DNA from: Octopus sinensis
Lineage: Eukaryota
Length of the DNA: 64,000 nucleotides
Direction: 5' to 3'
Assembly: GCF_006345805.1 (NCBI RefSeq)
Contig: NC_042997.1
Coordinates: 122,636,001-122,700,000, forward strand
Shown: one piece after another, positions 35,858 through 49,140 of the stretch
How the letters are laid out: every line of letters begins with the position of its first letter
Position numbering within the stretch: the stretch's first letter is position 1
Position numbers and translations under genes: made by a program
The notes under the pieces: generated by a model
Seen by the model: the letters and a program-made list of their open reading frames with translations, nothing else
Told to the model about the DNA's origin: nothing
The model's database searches: none

Positions 35858-37381
35858 TTGCTTTCCCGTTAATGTATGGCGTAATTTTATAAGAATTGTA
35901 AAATTAACAGCAGGTTGCAGTGAAACATTGTATAGAATGTTTTCCAAATCTATGCGTGATTTTTTTTTTGTGCATTCTTTCAAATTCTAACTTATTCACT
36001 TTTGGTTTTACGCATGGGAGAAAATATATCGATTTATTGTGAAAAGCAGAGAATGAGAATACTAATCATTACAGGAATACATTAATTTAAAATCACAAAC
36101 CAGGATGATCCTTCCGTTTCAACATAGTATACTCGTAGATTCGTATACGTAGCAAACATATGCATTTATCTGTTGTAAGCTTTCAAATAATATTAGTTAA
36201 TAGGATATTCAAAATCACAGATAAAATTTACACTTCTTCTATGACAATGTTACAGTTTAATTTAGAAAGAAATGTATTCAACATAAATGAATTCACTGGG
36301 TCATATTAAGTGTCTAATTGAAGTAGTGTTTTTGTAATGAATATAAAATTGCAATTTAATGGCTCCATTTACCGATCAATACCTTTTGGTGTGTCCATAT
36401 TATTCCAATAGGTCCTCTGTAGGATAATTATGATATTGATTTTTTTTCGGTACGCATTCGTGCACTGATGAAAAGGCTGTATGAAAAAAGAAAGCGATTA
36501 ATTGAAGTTTTTCTGAAGTCATCGAAGTTAACCAAGCGAGATGTAGAGGAGACTGGAGGAATCCAAAGGAACTGAAAGTCATATTACGGGTTAAAGTTTG
36601 AAACAATTAAAAAAGAAAGAAAACAAATATCCACATTAAAGATTCAATGATAAAATAATAGGAACTACCAGAGGCTACTAGTTACATACATCGTATAATA
36701 TGTAATCAAAATCTAAATAACTTATTTTATGAATCAGAACCATATTTATTCTTTTCTTACTTTGGTTAAATGAGAGTTCATACAATGTATCGATAGGAGT
36801 TGATAACATCGGTAATTTATATTTATGTATGTGTGCAAATGTATTGAACTATCTGTGAGTGATGTGGGAGTAGGTGAAAAATTCATTGAGGGAGAATAAA
36901 GTAAAAATGAATATTGGTTGCCAAAGATAATCTGATAAAGATCTGGCCTTTTTAGAATGATTGAATATTGCGTTAAAATTGAACTCAAGGGCAAAGATGA
37001 TTTTAAATAGAAGTTTCATATGAAAGGTCATGAGAGAAATACCAATCAAAAACTTTCTTCTGAAATAAACCGAATGATATTGTGTGAAATGTAAACAAAC
37101 AGGAAGTTAGACAATCGGGGATATACCAACATAATCTATCGTTATCTTACAATTTAATTTGTATTTTGAATGTCAAAAGGTTGGCGTTTCTCATGTGTAA
37201 AGAACGCTTGTATTCGAAATATGGAAATACAAATGATAAAATATCTGAAGTAAAATTAAATAAGATAAAATCTGGTACAATCTAGAAGAATTAACTAAAT
37301 ACCCTATTTTTTAATATCAATACTTTCTATGTCAAAATAATTCGATGTGTTGGTATTATTCTCGTGATCCCTTTGTTACAG

Positions 37382-37568
37382 TATATAGAAATCGCAGTCT
37401 ACAGTGACTGTAGAATAACATTGTTTTCACATCGAAGTGGAAAGGAATACTCACTGCTATCGGGGCAGAGTTGGTTATCCACAACTGTGTCCCCCGCCCG
37501 AGTTAGAGTTCTGTGCTTATCCCTTGCCAATGCTCTGGAACAATGCGCTATCCATTTTGTCCACTGGG
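37382..37568 (+). CDS. Candidate internal coding exon of an unidentified host gene
   Basis: Acceptor CCCTTTGTTACAG, donor G|GTAAGG, 187 nt open (YIEIAVYSDCRITLFSHRSGKEYSLLSGQSWLSTTVSPARVRVLCLSLANALEQCAIHFVHW), GC-richer than flanks; no family recognised. Confidence 0.25.
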
Positions 37569-38281
37569 GTAAGGAGGCCGAGATACAAATTTCTTTTAGA
37601 TATTACTTGTTGCTTATTGTTTTATTTTCATCACCCTTGACGGACATTATATCTAATTATGCAATGCGGTAAGCGATGTTAGAAACACTTTAGGTATCAG
37701 ATCTATTTCAAATAAAACAGTTAATAATGTTGTTTTTCTTATAGTTTTCGCTTAAGAAATTTTGTCCTTTATTAACCTAATATTTTACGAGCTACATGTT
37801 AGATATAGCAACTTCAGCCACACTTGCTCAAAGTCATTTAAAAATGATGAAATTCAAGTTCAAATTTCATCGGATCTTACATAAAGGTAAGATAATCATG
37901 GTTTGGATATTTCTGATCGATATTTTACTCAATTAGGGGTTATTTAGATCTAAACAACACTTTTAACAACCATAACATTATTATCTTTAGTAGAATGTAC
38001 TAGACACACGAACTTTAGTAACCACCAGTCTTTGAGAAAATATATCAATATCAGCCTTAATAATTTAATATCGCTGCCAAAAATGACAGATTTCTGATTA
38101 ATCAGAACAAGTCGTTAATTGCTTTATTTAGTGAACCCATTTGTGACAGATATCGTGACAAGATGGATATCATCATCTTTCTTATTTTGAAGAAACAAAA
38201 AAGCAGGATTGGGAATATGTCATCCAACATGCATAGGTGTGTTTCTTTAACACGCACAATCTTAAACGCCACTATATATGT

Positions 38282-38552
38282 GGTATCTGTTTATTTACGT
38301 ACAAAATGTCCCCGGGAAAACCTTATTTTCGAGGTACCGATTTTAAGACGTGGCTAAATAACAGACAAATTTTGTATCAATTATCATACATCAAGTATCA
38401 ATTAATGTAATTCGTACTAACTTAGAAACAATGCTATTACAAAATGATGTAATAATGAAATATATTCATGCAAGCTGTAGAAGATTTTGGCCTTCTGAAA
38501 TGGTGTGAAAGAGCAACGTTTTATGTCAAGTAGACTTGGTAACATATTCGTA

Positions 38553-38646
<94 letters not shown>

Positions 38647-39256
38647 GCTTAGTTCACTGGTAGCCTAAACGACTAGTTACACTAAGTGCTATGATTGGTC
38701 GCCAGTTAAGTTCCAAGTTCACAGCTGAGGCTGGAGCTAGGGATCAGGATTAAGCTTCCGTATTAACAGGTATATATGTGACATCTGTATATTTACGTAC
38801 AAAATAACCTTATTTTCGAGGTACCGATTTTAAGACGTGGCTAAATAACAGACAAACTTTGTATTATTTAACATATAAAGAGAGATGGTCATGCATCAAT
38901 TATCAATCAATATATTTCGTACTACATTGTCATTATAATGTCTCTGAACAACTTGAAATCACGCTAGTAAAACGGACAATTACAGCGAACAATCATCCAG
39001 ACTGCTTGCTGGTGTCATCATTTTGAAGTCGGGTCAGTTGAAAACATTGATCAATTTCCAGCGTAAGTCATTAACTGAAATATAATAATTGTTAACAATG
39101 GATTTAATAATGATTTCTAACTTAGAAACAATGCTATTACAAAAGGATGTAATAATGAAATATATTCATGGAAGCTTTAGTAGATTTTGGCCTTCTGAAA
39201 TGGTGTGAAAGAGCAACGTTTTATGTCAAGTAGACTTGGTAACATATCCGTAACAC
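38282..39256. repeat. Local tandem duplication (38282-38553 vs 38783-39256)
   Basis: Shared AACCTTATTTTCGAGGTACCG.. and CTAACTTAGAAACAATGC..GTAACAC blocks; first copy lacks ~200 bp. Confidence 0.9.
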
Positions 39257-39594
39257 TTCAAACGCTGCTTCAGATAAATCAATAAATATGTAAATGAATT
39301 ATTTATCTCACATATTGAAGACATCATTGATCCAAATATCAAATGTCTTAATTTGATTAGTGTTTCATTATTAACAATATTTATCTAAACTACATCTTAT
39401 TCTGCCATTATAGTTGGAAGACGAAGACAATATTTTGAGACACAAGGTTAGTGAGACTGATGTGATAGTAAATATTTTACAGCAAAACGTAAGGTAGGAA
39501 TTATGCTTAGTATCAGGATGCTAAGAAACTAAGATATGATCGATCATATTTCAGTTTGTCATATAAATCAGTTGTGAGTAAATGTGCCCCCAAA

Positions 39595-39985
39595 GAAAGC
39601 CGCCACCACCATATTTATTTTGTAAAACCCGTTCTGTCTGTCTGTCTGTGTGTGTGTCTTCTAGGATCTCGGGCATCCTCCATCCGATTGCGCTCAGATT
39701 TGATATGTAGTTACCGACGGTATCAGGGCGTGTATAAGTCTTGCAGAAATTACAAAAATCGATCCCAGGTGAGAATGCGATGGATAAAGTGAATAAAATC
39801 GTTTTTCTTTGGAATAGAAAAAAGTCTATCTTTATTTCTTATTTTGCTGGTGCCTCAAATTTAGGTTAAATCAATGTTTCTCAATGGGGAGGCCTATGGG
39901 GCGGCCGGACAAGTTGTTTGGAGAAAATTTGGTTTAAATGTTTGACAACTCAGCACCGTCCATTAGAAGGGGGTAGTTTTGCTTA
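39595..39985. mobile_element. Probable DINE-1/Helentron-like non-autonomous element
   Basis: (CTGT)n near one end followed by CCGATTGCGCTCAGATTTGATATGTAG, typical of that layout. Confidence 0.45.
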
Positions 39986-40387
39986 TATATATATATATAT
40001 TTCAGATAGAAACAAATATAGTGATGTATAATAGAACTTCCTTTGGTATGGATGGCTACATCACTAATTGCATTGTCCTCCACTGTCCTTCATTATTTGC
40101 CATAGTCGCTTAACTGGTGGCACAAGACGTAAGAAGACGCTGTAAATTTAGATATAGGACTGGCACTGAGTTTGATGCTTAATCGTTATATTCATATAAT
40201 ATGATGGGGAAATATTATTTCAATTTATTGATATACGCAGCTAATACAGATCAAATTATGCTAATTATATATACAATGTGGGAGAGGGCTTCCATGTAGA
40301 TGCTCAGAATGTAAAAATAACAACTGACCTATTTTCAATTTACACATTACTATTTTCCATCTTAGCATGATACCATATATTGAATAA

Positions 40388-40455
<68 letters not shown>

Positions 40456-41446
40456 ATATACATACACACACATGTTATTCAATATATGCTGTCATTGTTA
40501 AGAAGGAAGATAGTACAATACATATATATACATATTCTGGAAATTAAGGGATAGTCATAGCCGGAAGTGTAATCCAGTCAGAACTTATCAGGTATGAACA
40601 AAAACAAAAATAAAACCAACACTATCAATATTTTGGGGAAATTCGTTATTGAATATCTTTTCAGAATATATGTAACAAGTATTGGTTTAGAACAAAACGC
40701 ATTATCATTTGCTTGAAGGTCAATAATATATAAAATAATAAAACAAATACAGTGAACTATCAAGTTGTAAAGGAATCTAGAAAAATGCACTTTTGATAAT
40801 ATTTCATGTACGACTGAACAAGCTGAAGACAATTTATATACAACTAAACGAAGACGTATTTTTCGACATAACATTCTACTTCTAAAGGACGTTTGTAATA
40901 TTTCCTTTTGTTATTTGCCATTTACACAGGAAGGCTTTTAACAAACAGATTATTTCACACAAACCTGTATTCTCAAGGCAAATTTTTACCTTTACGCTGA
41001 AATACTTCTAGCTATCGTTTTCAAAATGTAGTCGCATTTGCATGAGAAAATATATATAAATTTTCAGGGAATGTAGAAAAATAAATTAGATTACACGAAT
41101 CACTTCATTTCCTCAACTAAGGTTAGCAGGATTTTCAATAAATAAATGTAGGAACAGCAACATGCTGAATAGCTACCGAACGGGAACACTGATACAATTC
41201 GTTTGTGAGAAATGATGTACGCATGATGAAGAGTTAGTAAGCATAATACTCTAAAAGATTTAAATATTGTGCTTCTTTTTTATTGCATATATTTGCATTC
41301 CCTCTATTTGAAATCTGTAAATCAAATATCAGGAATTGGACTGTTCTGCCATTGACCGTCAAGTCATGCAGAACAGTACTGCCTTTCGGGATTAAGTTAC
41401 GTTGAATTGAAATTTGAAATAACTGACTAAAAACGGAAGATACACT

Positions 41447-41489
<43 letters not shown>

Positions 41490-41493
<4 letters not shown>

Positions 41494-41582
41494 GAAGAAT
41501 TCACGAAAAAAAACAACAGACGAAGACAGGTGGTATAGAAAACAAACAGATGTATTAGTATAACGCACAGGAATTGAAAAAA

Positions 41583-41585
<3 letters not shown>
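41490..41585 (-). mobile_element. Partial family A element (3' part, no hammerhead)
   Basis: GACGAAGACAGGTGGTATAGAAAACAAACAGATGTATTAGTATAACGC homologous to 2400-2480 inverted. Confidence 0.7.
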
Positions 41586-41633
<48 letters not shown>

Positions 41634-41744
41634 CACACACACAGAGACACACACATACACATGGAATCTCCGTGTTGCAGACGACATGGACGGACGAATG
41701 TACAGATTGCTGAACGATTTGAACTATGGGTTTATTTATAGTGC

Positions 41745-42062
41745 TGAAATGTATGTGCTGGTTAAAATGTTGGATTCACAATCATGTGGTAGTGAGTTCA
41801 ATTCTCCGACCGGGCCGTGTGTTGTACTCTTGAGCAAGATTCATTTCACGCTGCTCCTGTTCACTCAGCTACAGAAATAAGATGCAACGTCAATGGTGCG
41901 AAGCTGTATCGGTTTTTGCCTTTCCCTTGAATAACAGCAGTGGCATAGAGAGGGAAAATTGGTAAGCATAATCAACTTTACCCACGCTTGTGCCTCAGGG
42001 CGGGAAAGACCTTTCCATGTGCAATCGCATGGCCATTCATGACCGAAGGTCGTCTTTACCTT
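41745..42062 (+). mobile_element. Degenerate tRNA-derived SINE
   Basis: GGTTAAAATGTTGG..GAGTTCAATTC head; GTGTTGTACTCTTGAGCAAGA..CACTCAGCT central block shared with 43758-44011. Confidence 0.7.
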
Positions 42063-43131
42063 TAACCGTATATTGAAATTTTTACACAGACACACATATA
42101 AACACACACATGCACAGACACACACATATACACATATATAAACAGTTACATGTTGTGAATAAATCTTTAAAAATAGTTTTCCTGTATTAAAAATGCTTAT
42201 AGAAATAATATTCTAGACGGCTCATATACATGGAGAAATAATCAGAGTTATACACGTCTTTGTGCCTACGTGTGCTTTTCAACCGATACGTATTCTTGTG
42301 TTACTGTTATAGATACATTCATTTCATGCATAAAATCAAATCAATAGATGCTTAGTGAATGATATAAACATATCTTTCCAATGAAAGACAGGAGTATTAT
42401 ATGTAGAAATACGTCCATATATATCAGTTTTGACGAGACACTTGTGCAAGGGCTTAACAAAAATATAATTCGCATATATATTGAGATGTTGACAATAAAA
42501 CAACAGGATAAGGTGAACAGCTATTCCAAAAGAGCCTAATATTTCTATACCTATGTTGTTATTTCATAACAATAGTATGTCATTAATGCAAAAATTCTAC
42601 ACACAGTTTACAATATTTGAAGTCTATATTAAACCACGAATGTGAAAGGTAATTGTGTTGTAGGTTATAAGTAAGAATGCCATTTGTTCCTCGCATTTAA
42701 ACCCGTATGAATTGACATTAGGATTATATTGTACATGACCTGAATCTAAAAGCGCCTACGTTGAAATAAGTGTAATTGAATATCTTTAAGCTATCGCAAC
42801 AAAATAACAGATATAGATGTGCGTGTGTGTGTGTGTGTGTGTGTAAATCACGAATTGTAGAAGATGATTCACAAACACAAACTGTAAATGGAGTCAGGCA
42901 AGTAGAGGCATGTGACGGGTAAAGTGTAAAAATATAAAACATACAACGACAATCAAAGAAGTGTACAATGAAAATAATTACTACAAATGAATAAACATAT
43001 AACAATGTCTATACGTTTTATCATAGAAAATAAATCATTATAAAAGGAGAGAAAAGTGGAGAAATACACGGGGGCTAATAAGTAAAGTCAGTTTACATGT
43101 CATCTCTTAAGTATGACATATAAACTGACTT

Positions 43132-43170
<39 letters not shown>

Positions 43171-43184
43171 TGTCAACATAACAC

Positions 43185-44330
43185 ATATTAGAGTAAGAAG
43201 CGCACTCTAAAGAATACAGCAGGAACTATGAAAACAAAAAGCTAATGTCTTGTCATAGAGTGTCTAATGGTCTCATATCTACGAAAGCTAGTGCCCTGCG
43301 GACAGCTAGTCTGACTCTATACAAAGACAAATTTAATTATTCAACACACGGAGATGGAGAAATGCTAAGACAAAAATGTTACAGGGCAAACAAATGAAAA
43401 ACTTATTGAGGACGGGTTATCACCCCTCCTCCAGAGGAAAAATGGAAGCTAGGATCTATATCGTTAAGGTCTCCTATTGGTTTAAACAGCAAACAGAGAG
43501 ACCCATTTCCCAGTAGGTAGCGCTTGAACTGAACACATTTTGACAAAATCTATTTCCATATATTTAACGTTCTATGTAGAAGATCATAGAACATTCAAGC
43601 CCATATATCAATGGGAACGGCCGCGGCAAAATCTGATTCGCAGACCTAAACTTGGTGCGTTGAATAACCTTGAACAAATTTCCTCGAAATGTGTTCCTTT
43701 TCAGTGCTACCTAATGGAAAGTTAGGTCGCCCGGTTTACTTTATTAACCTAATAAGAAAAAAAGTTCCTTCTCGAGCCATGCCAGGCTCATAAGGGCCGG
43801 TTTCCCGGTTTCAGTGGCGTAGAAATTCTCCACCTAGATGGGACGATGGTCCGTTGCAGGATTACACATTTTTGACAGCTGAGTGGACTGGAGCAACGTG
43901 AAAATGAAATGTTTTGCTCAAGAACACAGCGCATCGCCCGGTCTAGGAATCGAAACCACAACATTACGATCATGAGTTCAACACCCTAGCCACTAAGCCA
44001 CGCGCCTCCACAACCTAATAAGAGACTTTTACGAAATAGACCATGGCTCCCAATTATCCTCTGGCTCAGGGGAGATAACCCGTCCTCAATACACTTTTAC
44101 TCCGTTTGCTGTTTGACATATTTGTCCTGGCGTTTCTTCACTTCCGCGAGGTGAAAGGTACGTTTGTGTTTGTATACAGTCTGATGAGCTGTCCACAAGA
44201 CAGTAGGTTTCGTAGAAAACTTTGGTCGCTCTATGAGCAGACTATAAGTTTATGTTTTAATATATGTATTTATATACATAGTTGAGGTGTATTCCGTTAA
44301 GAACATATTACAATACAAATTACTCTTAAA
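43185..44330. repeat. Old foldback (palindromic) element, arms ~70% identical, interrupted by a SINE
   Basis: 43406-43452 inverted at 44046-44091; 43255-43330 at 44146-44235; 43498-43550 at 43683-43730. Confidence 0.75.
43758..44011 (-). mobile_element. tRNA-derived SINE with 12-bp TSD
   Basis: Minus strand GGAGGCGCGTGGCTTAGTGG..GGTTTCGATTCC; TSD AACCTAATAAGA at 43746-43757 and 44012-44023. Confidence 0.9.
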
Positions 44331-44631
44331 ATTCCCAAATAGCCGGTAGTATTTTTATGGTATGCTACCAATTATAGTTTTAGGTATTCCTCGTGTTTGA
44401 AAATAAAATGTAAAGAGTAAAAGAGTCAAAAGGAAGAGTAAGTACAGTGAGGGAGCTTTTTAATGATCGCTACAAATGTTTCGATACATATATATCTACG
44501 AATATATACAGGATTTAAATTTGAATTTAAATTAAATTAGGTAATGATTTACCTGAATAATAAGATTTATACGTATCTCTTCGGGCGATATTTAATCGCT
44601 GTCTCCGCAAGTAAATTTTTATATATGTATA

Positions 44632-44680
<49 letters not shown>

Positions 44681-44689
44681 TATATATTA

Positions 44690-44740
<51 letters not shown>

Positions 44741-44799
44741 ATATGTATATATATGTATATATATATAGATAGATAGATTGATATATGTACGTATGTATG

Positions 44800-44873
<74 letters not shown>

Positions 44874-45329
44874 GTACGTACGTATGTATGTATGTATTAT
44901 GTATATTAATATGTGTGTATGAGGAAAGGTGTATTCTCACGCGGCAAAAACTATAGGAGAATTTGTTTTGAGGTTTGAAAATGCGCCTGAATCTCAAATC
45001 AAATAGTCGATTTTCAATATTGTATTAATTTATTCCAATACCTGACCGGATTCCACAGTTTTAGGGTTATATATGGAACAAATATAACTAAAGGGTTTAG
45101 AAGAATTTACAAGGTAAAAATCGAAAAGAAAAAACAATTTTTAAACAATCAAATGTTCAAAGATTCACAGAAAAACAAAAATTTCAAGACGTTTCACAGA
45201 GGTAGATAGTAATATAAGTGTAAATTGTGGAAACTTGTCTGGTATTTGTATATATATATATATATATTATATATATTATATATATATATTCTTTTATTGT
45301 TTTACCTGTTTCAGCTGAAATACGTTAGT

Positions 45330-46345
45330 TAAAATATGCCCTATTCATAAAGAGAATAGCAAAGCAGGGGCCAAAAACTATAGTCGTTTCTCTCTGACTT
45401 CGCACATTAGCAACGTCATGGAATGAACAGTCAGAAAATGTCTAATCGCCTTCATTGAGGAAAATAACTTACTGACTGACACCCTTTATTGTTTCTGAAC
45501 AAGACGAAGCTGCCTGATTCAGCTCTTACAACACCATGACTAGGTTATTAAAACAGCTGCTCAACCAGTCAAATCTGGTTGTGATATATCTCGACATTGC
45601 AAAAGATTTCGATGAAGTCGATCATGGAATGATACGTCACAAACTGCGTGATCCTGGCGTAGTCGAGAAATTGGGAGAATGGCTGCATGACATTTCTGAA
45701 GAATAGAAGTCCGGTGGTAGTAGCCAATGAAGCCACTTCCAGTTATACGCAAATAGTGAGCAGTGTTCCGCAAGGCACTGTTTTGGGACCACTACTGTTA
45801 ACAATGGCCCTCTCAGATATACCCTCAGCCACACATGAGCCACGATAACAGGTTATGCAGGTTAAAAAAGTCTCTGAGGTGATACAGAGCCCTGTAGATG
45901 CTATACACCTGCAATGTGAGTTGGATGAAATATACAAGCGGGCTGAGAAGAAGAACTTGCAATTTAACGTTTAAAAGTTTCAGGTTTTGTGCTATCAGCA
46001 TGCAAAACTAAATGCAATACGAATGAAATACACTGTACCTGGAGGGATTGCAGTTCCAGAGACACAGTCACAGCGAGACCTGGGCATTTAGATGAGTAAT
46101 GATATACTCTTCCATGTGCATGATGCTAAGTTGGCAATTAAATACAGGCGACTGACCGGATAGATTCTTAGATCAATTAGAACGAGAAATCAAGAAACCA
46201 TGATGGTCCTCTGGAGGACGGTTGTCTTTAGGCGCTTTGACTATTGCTTCCAGCTATGGTCACCAACCAGTGTAAAACTAATTGTAGAATTTAAGGCAAT
46301 CCAACGAAGCTACACGAAGAATATTTCCTCTATTCAGCATATAGG
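45330..46345 (+). mobile_element. Degenerate CR1-type LINE RT fragment
   Basis: ICPIHK..AKNY..SLTSHIS, IYLDIAKDFDEVDH, SSVPQGTVLG, DYCFQLWSP. Confidence 0.9.
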
Positions 46346-46729
46346 CTACTTATTGTTCATGACTTGTACATGTTCCACAAACTTGCCAATTACTTGATGG
46401 TAGAAATCACTTGAAGAATTTATCAAGTCACATTTTAATATTTTCATTATGCTTTATGATCTACATTCAAGTGTTGTTGACTGAATAAATACAAAGATTA
46501 ACTCTTGTATTGGGACTGTGTTAACATCAATGATTTTTACATAATAGATCTATAGAGCTATCTCGGCTAGCCACAATTAAAGATAGCTGACCGATGGTGT
46601 TTATGAGATTAAGAATGAAAATGATTACTGAAATAAAATAAATTACACCACACTACGAACCGATAAAGATGAAAAAAAAATATGTGACATGCAAAGAAAG
46701 TTGTTTTTCGTTGGTTTCCTAATTTTAGA

Positions 46730-47268
46730 TACTTCACAAACAACGAAAGTTTGCGATGTACTCTAGGAGCTTTTCAAATAATTCACAATGTTCGTGTCTC
46801 CTGTGCCACATGAATTCGCAGAGATACGAATCAAGCATATAACGGTGGGTCCCACAACAAGGTTTTCTTAACTCGTTTTAGATAGGCCCAAGTGATTTCC
46901 ACTTGTTGAGCATGGGTTCAAGATTTTGAGTTAGTAAAATTCATCACTGTGGTTCACCGTTCTATGATCAAAATAGTATCCAACAATTTCAAATATATGT
47001 GAATATGACTTCCACAAATCATTGAAAATAGTGGGGCCTGGAGAATGGAATGTCGCATGCACTCTTTCAAGGTGTCAAGATTACGGTTAGGGATAGCATG
47101 GAGAAAAACGTCTCTGGTTCCGCACCACACGCCACCGAAGATCCACTACTCAGGCATCACACTTCCTCGGTTGTATTTGCGTCTTGAGAAGACTGTTTCC
47201 TCTATTCCAACAATCTTGCCAGGATCAACTATCTGAACTGGGTTGCGGGGCAAGTGCTCCGCAAACAC
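46730..47268 (-). mobile_element. Merlin / ISXO2-like (IS1595-family DDE) transposase remnant
   Basis: PGKIVGIEETVFSRRKYNRG..WIFGG..PNRNLDTL..PTIFNDLWKSY..HRTVNHS..MLDSYLCEFMW, across frameshifts. Confidence 0.85.
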
Positions 47269-47962
47269 TTCAAGGATATAAGGTAAACACAGCAAGTAAA
47301 CAGAAAAACCGCTCCAAAAATATATATGAAAAATATATCAAATGAAAAGTATATAAAATACTAGAACACAGAAAAATATGTAAAACACTAAGAGAAAAAG
47401 TAAACCAAAATATGCGGGTGAAGTGAATCTCGTGGTGTGAAGAATCAACAGAACGTGTGATTGTCACGGTAACTAACCGTTAATGCATCCCTCCCTGTTG
47501 ATTGTAAAAAACTCCCCAAATTTAATTCCAAATAGCCACAGATTCTTTAATTTACGCGATAGAGTATTTAGTTGAGCATAATCACAATTCAGAACTACAT
47601 CGATACACCAATTTTGAAAACAATCAGAGGAAAATTAAAGTGGGATGATTTTCAGAATGAGACAGACCAGATCCAACGTAAACATCATAAACACACACAT
47701 AAACACACATACACAAACACACACACTCACACACACACACACACAACGTATGCAAATGCACATACACATGCACGCACGCATTTATTTATCTTTTCTCTCT
47801 CCCCCTCTCTCTAAAACACACACTCTATATATATATACGTATTTATTTATTATGTATGTGTAAAAAAATGAACCTGTTCCTGTCCTGTAAGTATGTATAC
47901 ATACATACATGCATACACACACACGCACACAAACACACACACACACACACACACATACACAT

Positions 47963-48011
<49 letters not shown>

Positions 48012-48014
<3 letters not shown>

Positions 48015-48223
48015 CCATGTTGGTTCGTTTGTTACTGCACGCATTTTTTTTCTCTCCTTCTTTCTGTGTTTTTTTCTCTCTGTGTATCTTTCTGTTGAAG
48101 AGCGTAGGCTCGAAACGTTAAAGACTTGTTTTATTTATATTTCCTGAGCGCCATACTAATACAATTGTTTGTTTGTTTTCCACCTGCCTTCGTCTTTTGT
48201 CTATTTTCATAAAGCTTCCCGTT
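48012..48223 (+). mobile_element. Family A hammerhead mini-element (young copy)
   Basis: Near-identical to 8981-9186. Confidence 0.85.
48087..48124 (+). ncRNA. Minimal type I hammerhead-like motif, variant core CUGUUGA
   Basis: Identical to 9050-9087. Confidence 0.6.
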
Positions 48224-48234
48224 ATATATATATG

Positions 48235-49140
48235 TACGTATGTATCTAATCTTCTATCTCGTATTGTTTTAGTTGTTGGTCTGTGGGCATGGTGCAGTCA
48301 CTTTTTGCAGAGGTGCTAGGTTAGTGGACGTAATCAACTCAACACCAGCTCTCAGCGGTAGTGAGAGACAAACACAGGCCCAAAGACTTGCGCGAACATA
48401 TACATTCATGTACAGAGAGAGCGTAACGATCGACGTAATAATGTATAAGACGAAAGAGTGGAATATGAGTGACAATATTAAATCCGTGTAGGGAAGGCTA
48501 AATGAATACCATACTTTACACTTGAAATGGAAGATTATACAAAGACTAAGAACTGATCAGAAAGCAAATAATAAAAAGTTTCCTCTTATTTCTTAAGAAG
48601 CAAGTTAGCTGCATTCGCTTCTGATAGTTTTCTTCACAACAGCTGATACCAGTTTCATTTTAATTTCGCATAATAGAAGGTGTTACTTTCTAATGATTCA
48701 ACGGGAGACATCTCTCTCGTTGTTCAAATCGATAAAGAAAATATTTGGGGTAAATAAATGTAAAGAGTAGAAAACTTCAATGCAGATGTAATTCTCCAGT
48801 AATTGAGCATAAATTGGCTAAATAATTGAAGGAAAGCGTGAAATAAAGAGAAAAAATATAACACAGCTACGACACGGAAATTGCTGAGTCAACACAAACT
48901 CACTTCTGAGCTTATAATGTATTCAGATAAATTACATAAAATATGAATTCAGAAATGCTACGGCATTTAAGTAATTTCATATAAGAACGTACATATAATA
49001 CATATCATAAAGGAAATGACAATGTCTTAGAACAATGGTTGTTTTTTATCAAACATTTGATTAGGTTGAATTTATACTAAGAGTGTACAGTGTTTGAGAG
49101 AGATAATATTAAACATGTAAGAACGATCTACAGCGAATAT
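48235..49140 (-). repeat. Unclassified ~0.9-kb dispersed repeat, copy 2
   Basis: Inverted homolog of 21780-22710. Confidence 0.85.

Noticed and set aside
39666-39768. AG..GT-bounded open segment as an exon
   Set aside because: Lies inside a probable DINE-like repeat
44176-44215. CTGATGAG-CTGTC..GACAG resembling a hammerhead
   Set aside because: No GAAA after the stem; the homologous position in the other foldback arm lacks CTGATGA
46730-47268. Bacterial IS1016/IS1595 contamination or horizontal transfer
   Set aside because: Heavily decayed and embedded among eukaryotic repeats; eukaryotic Merlin explains it
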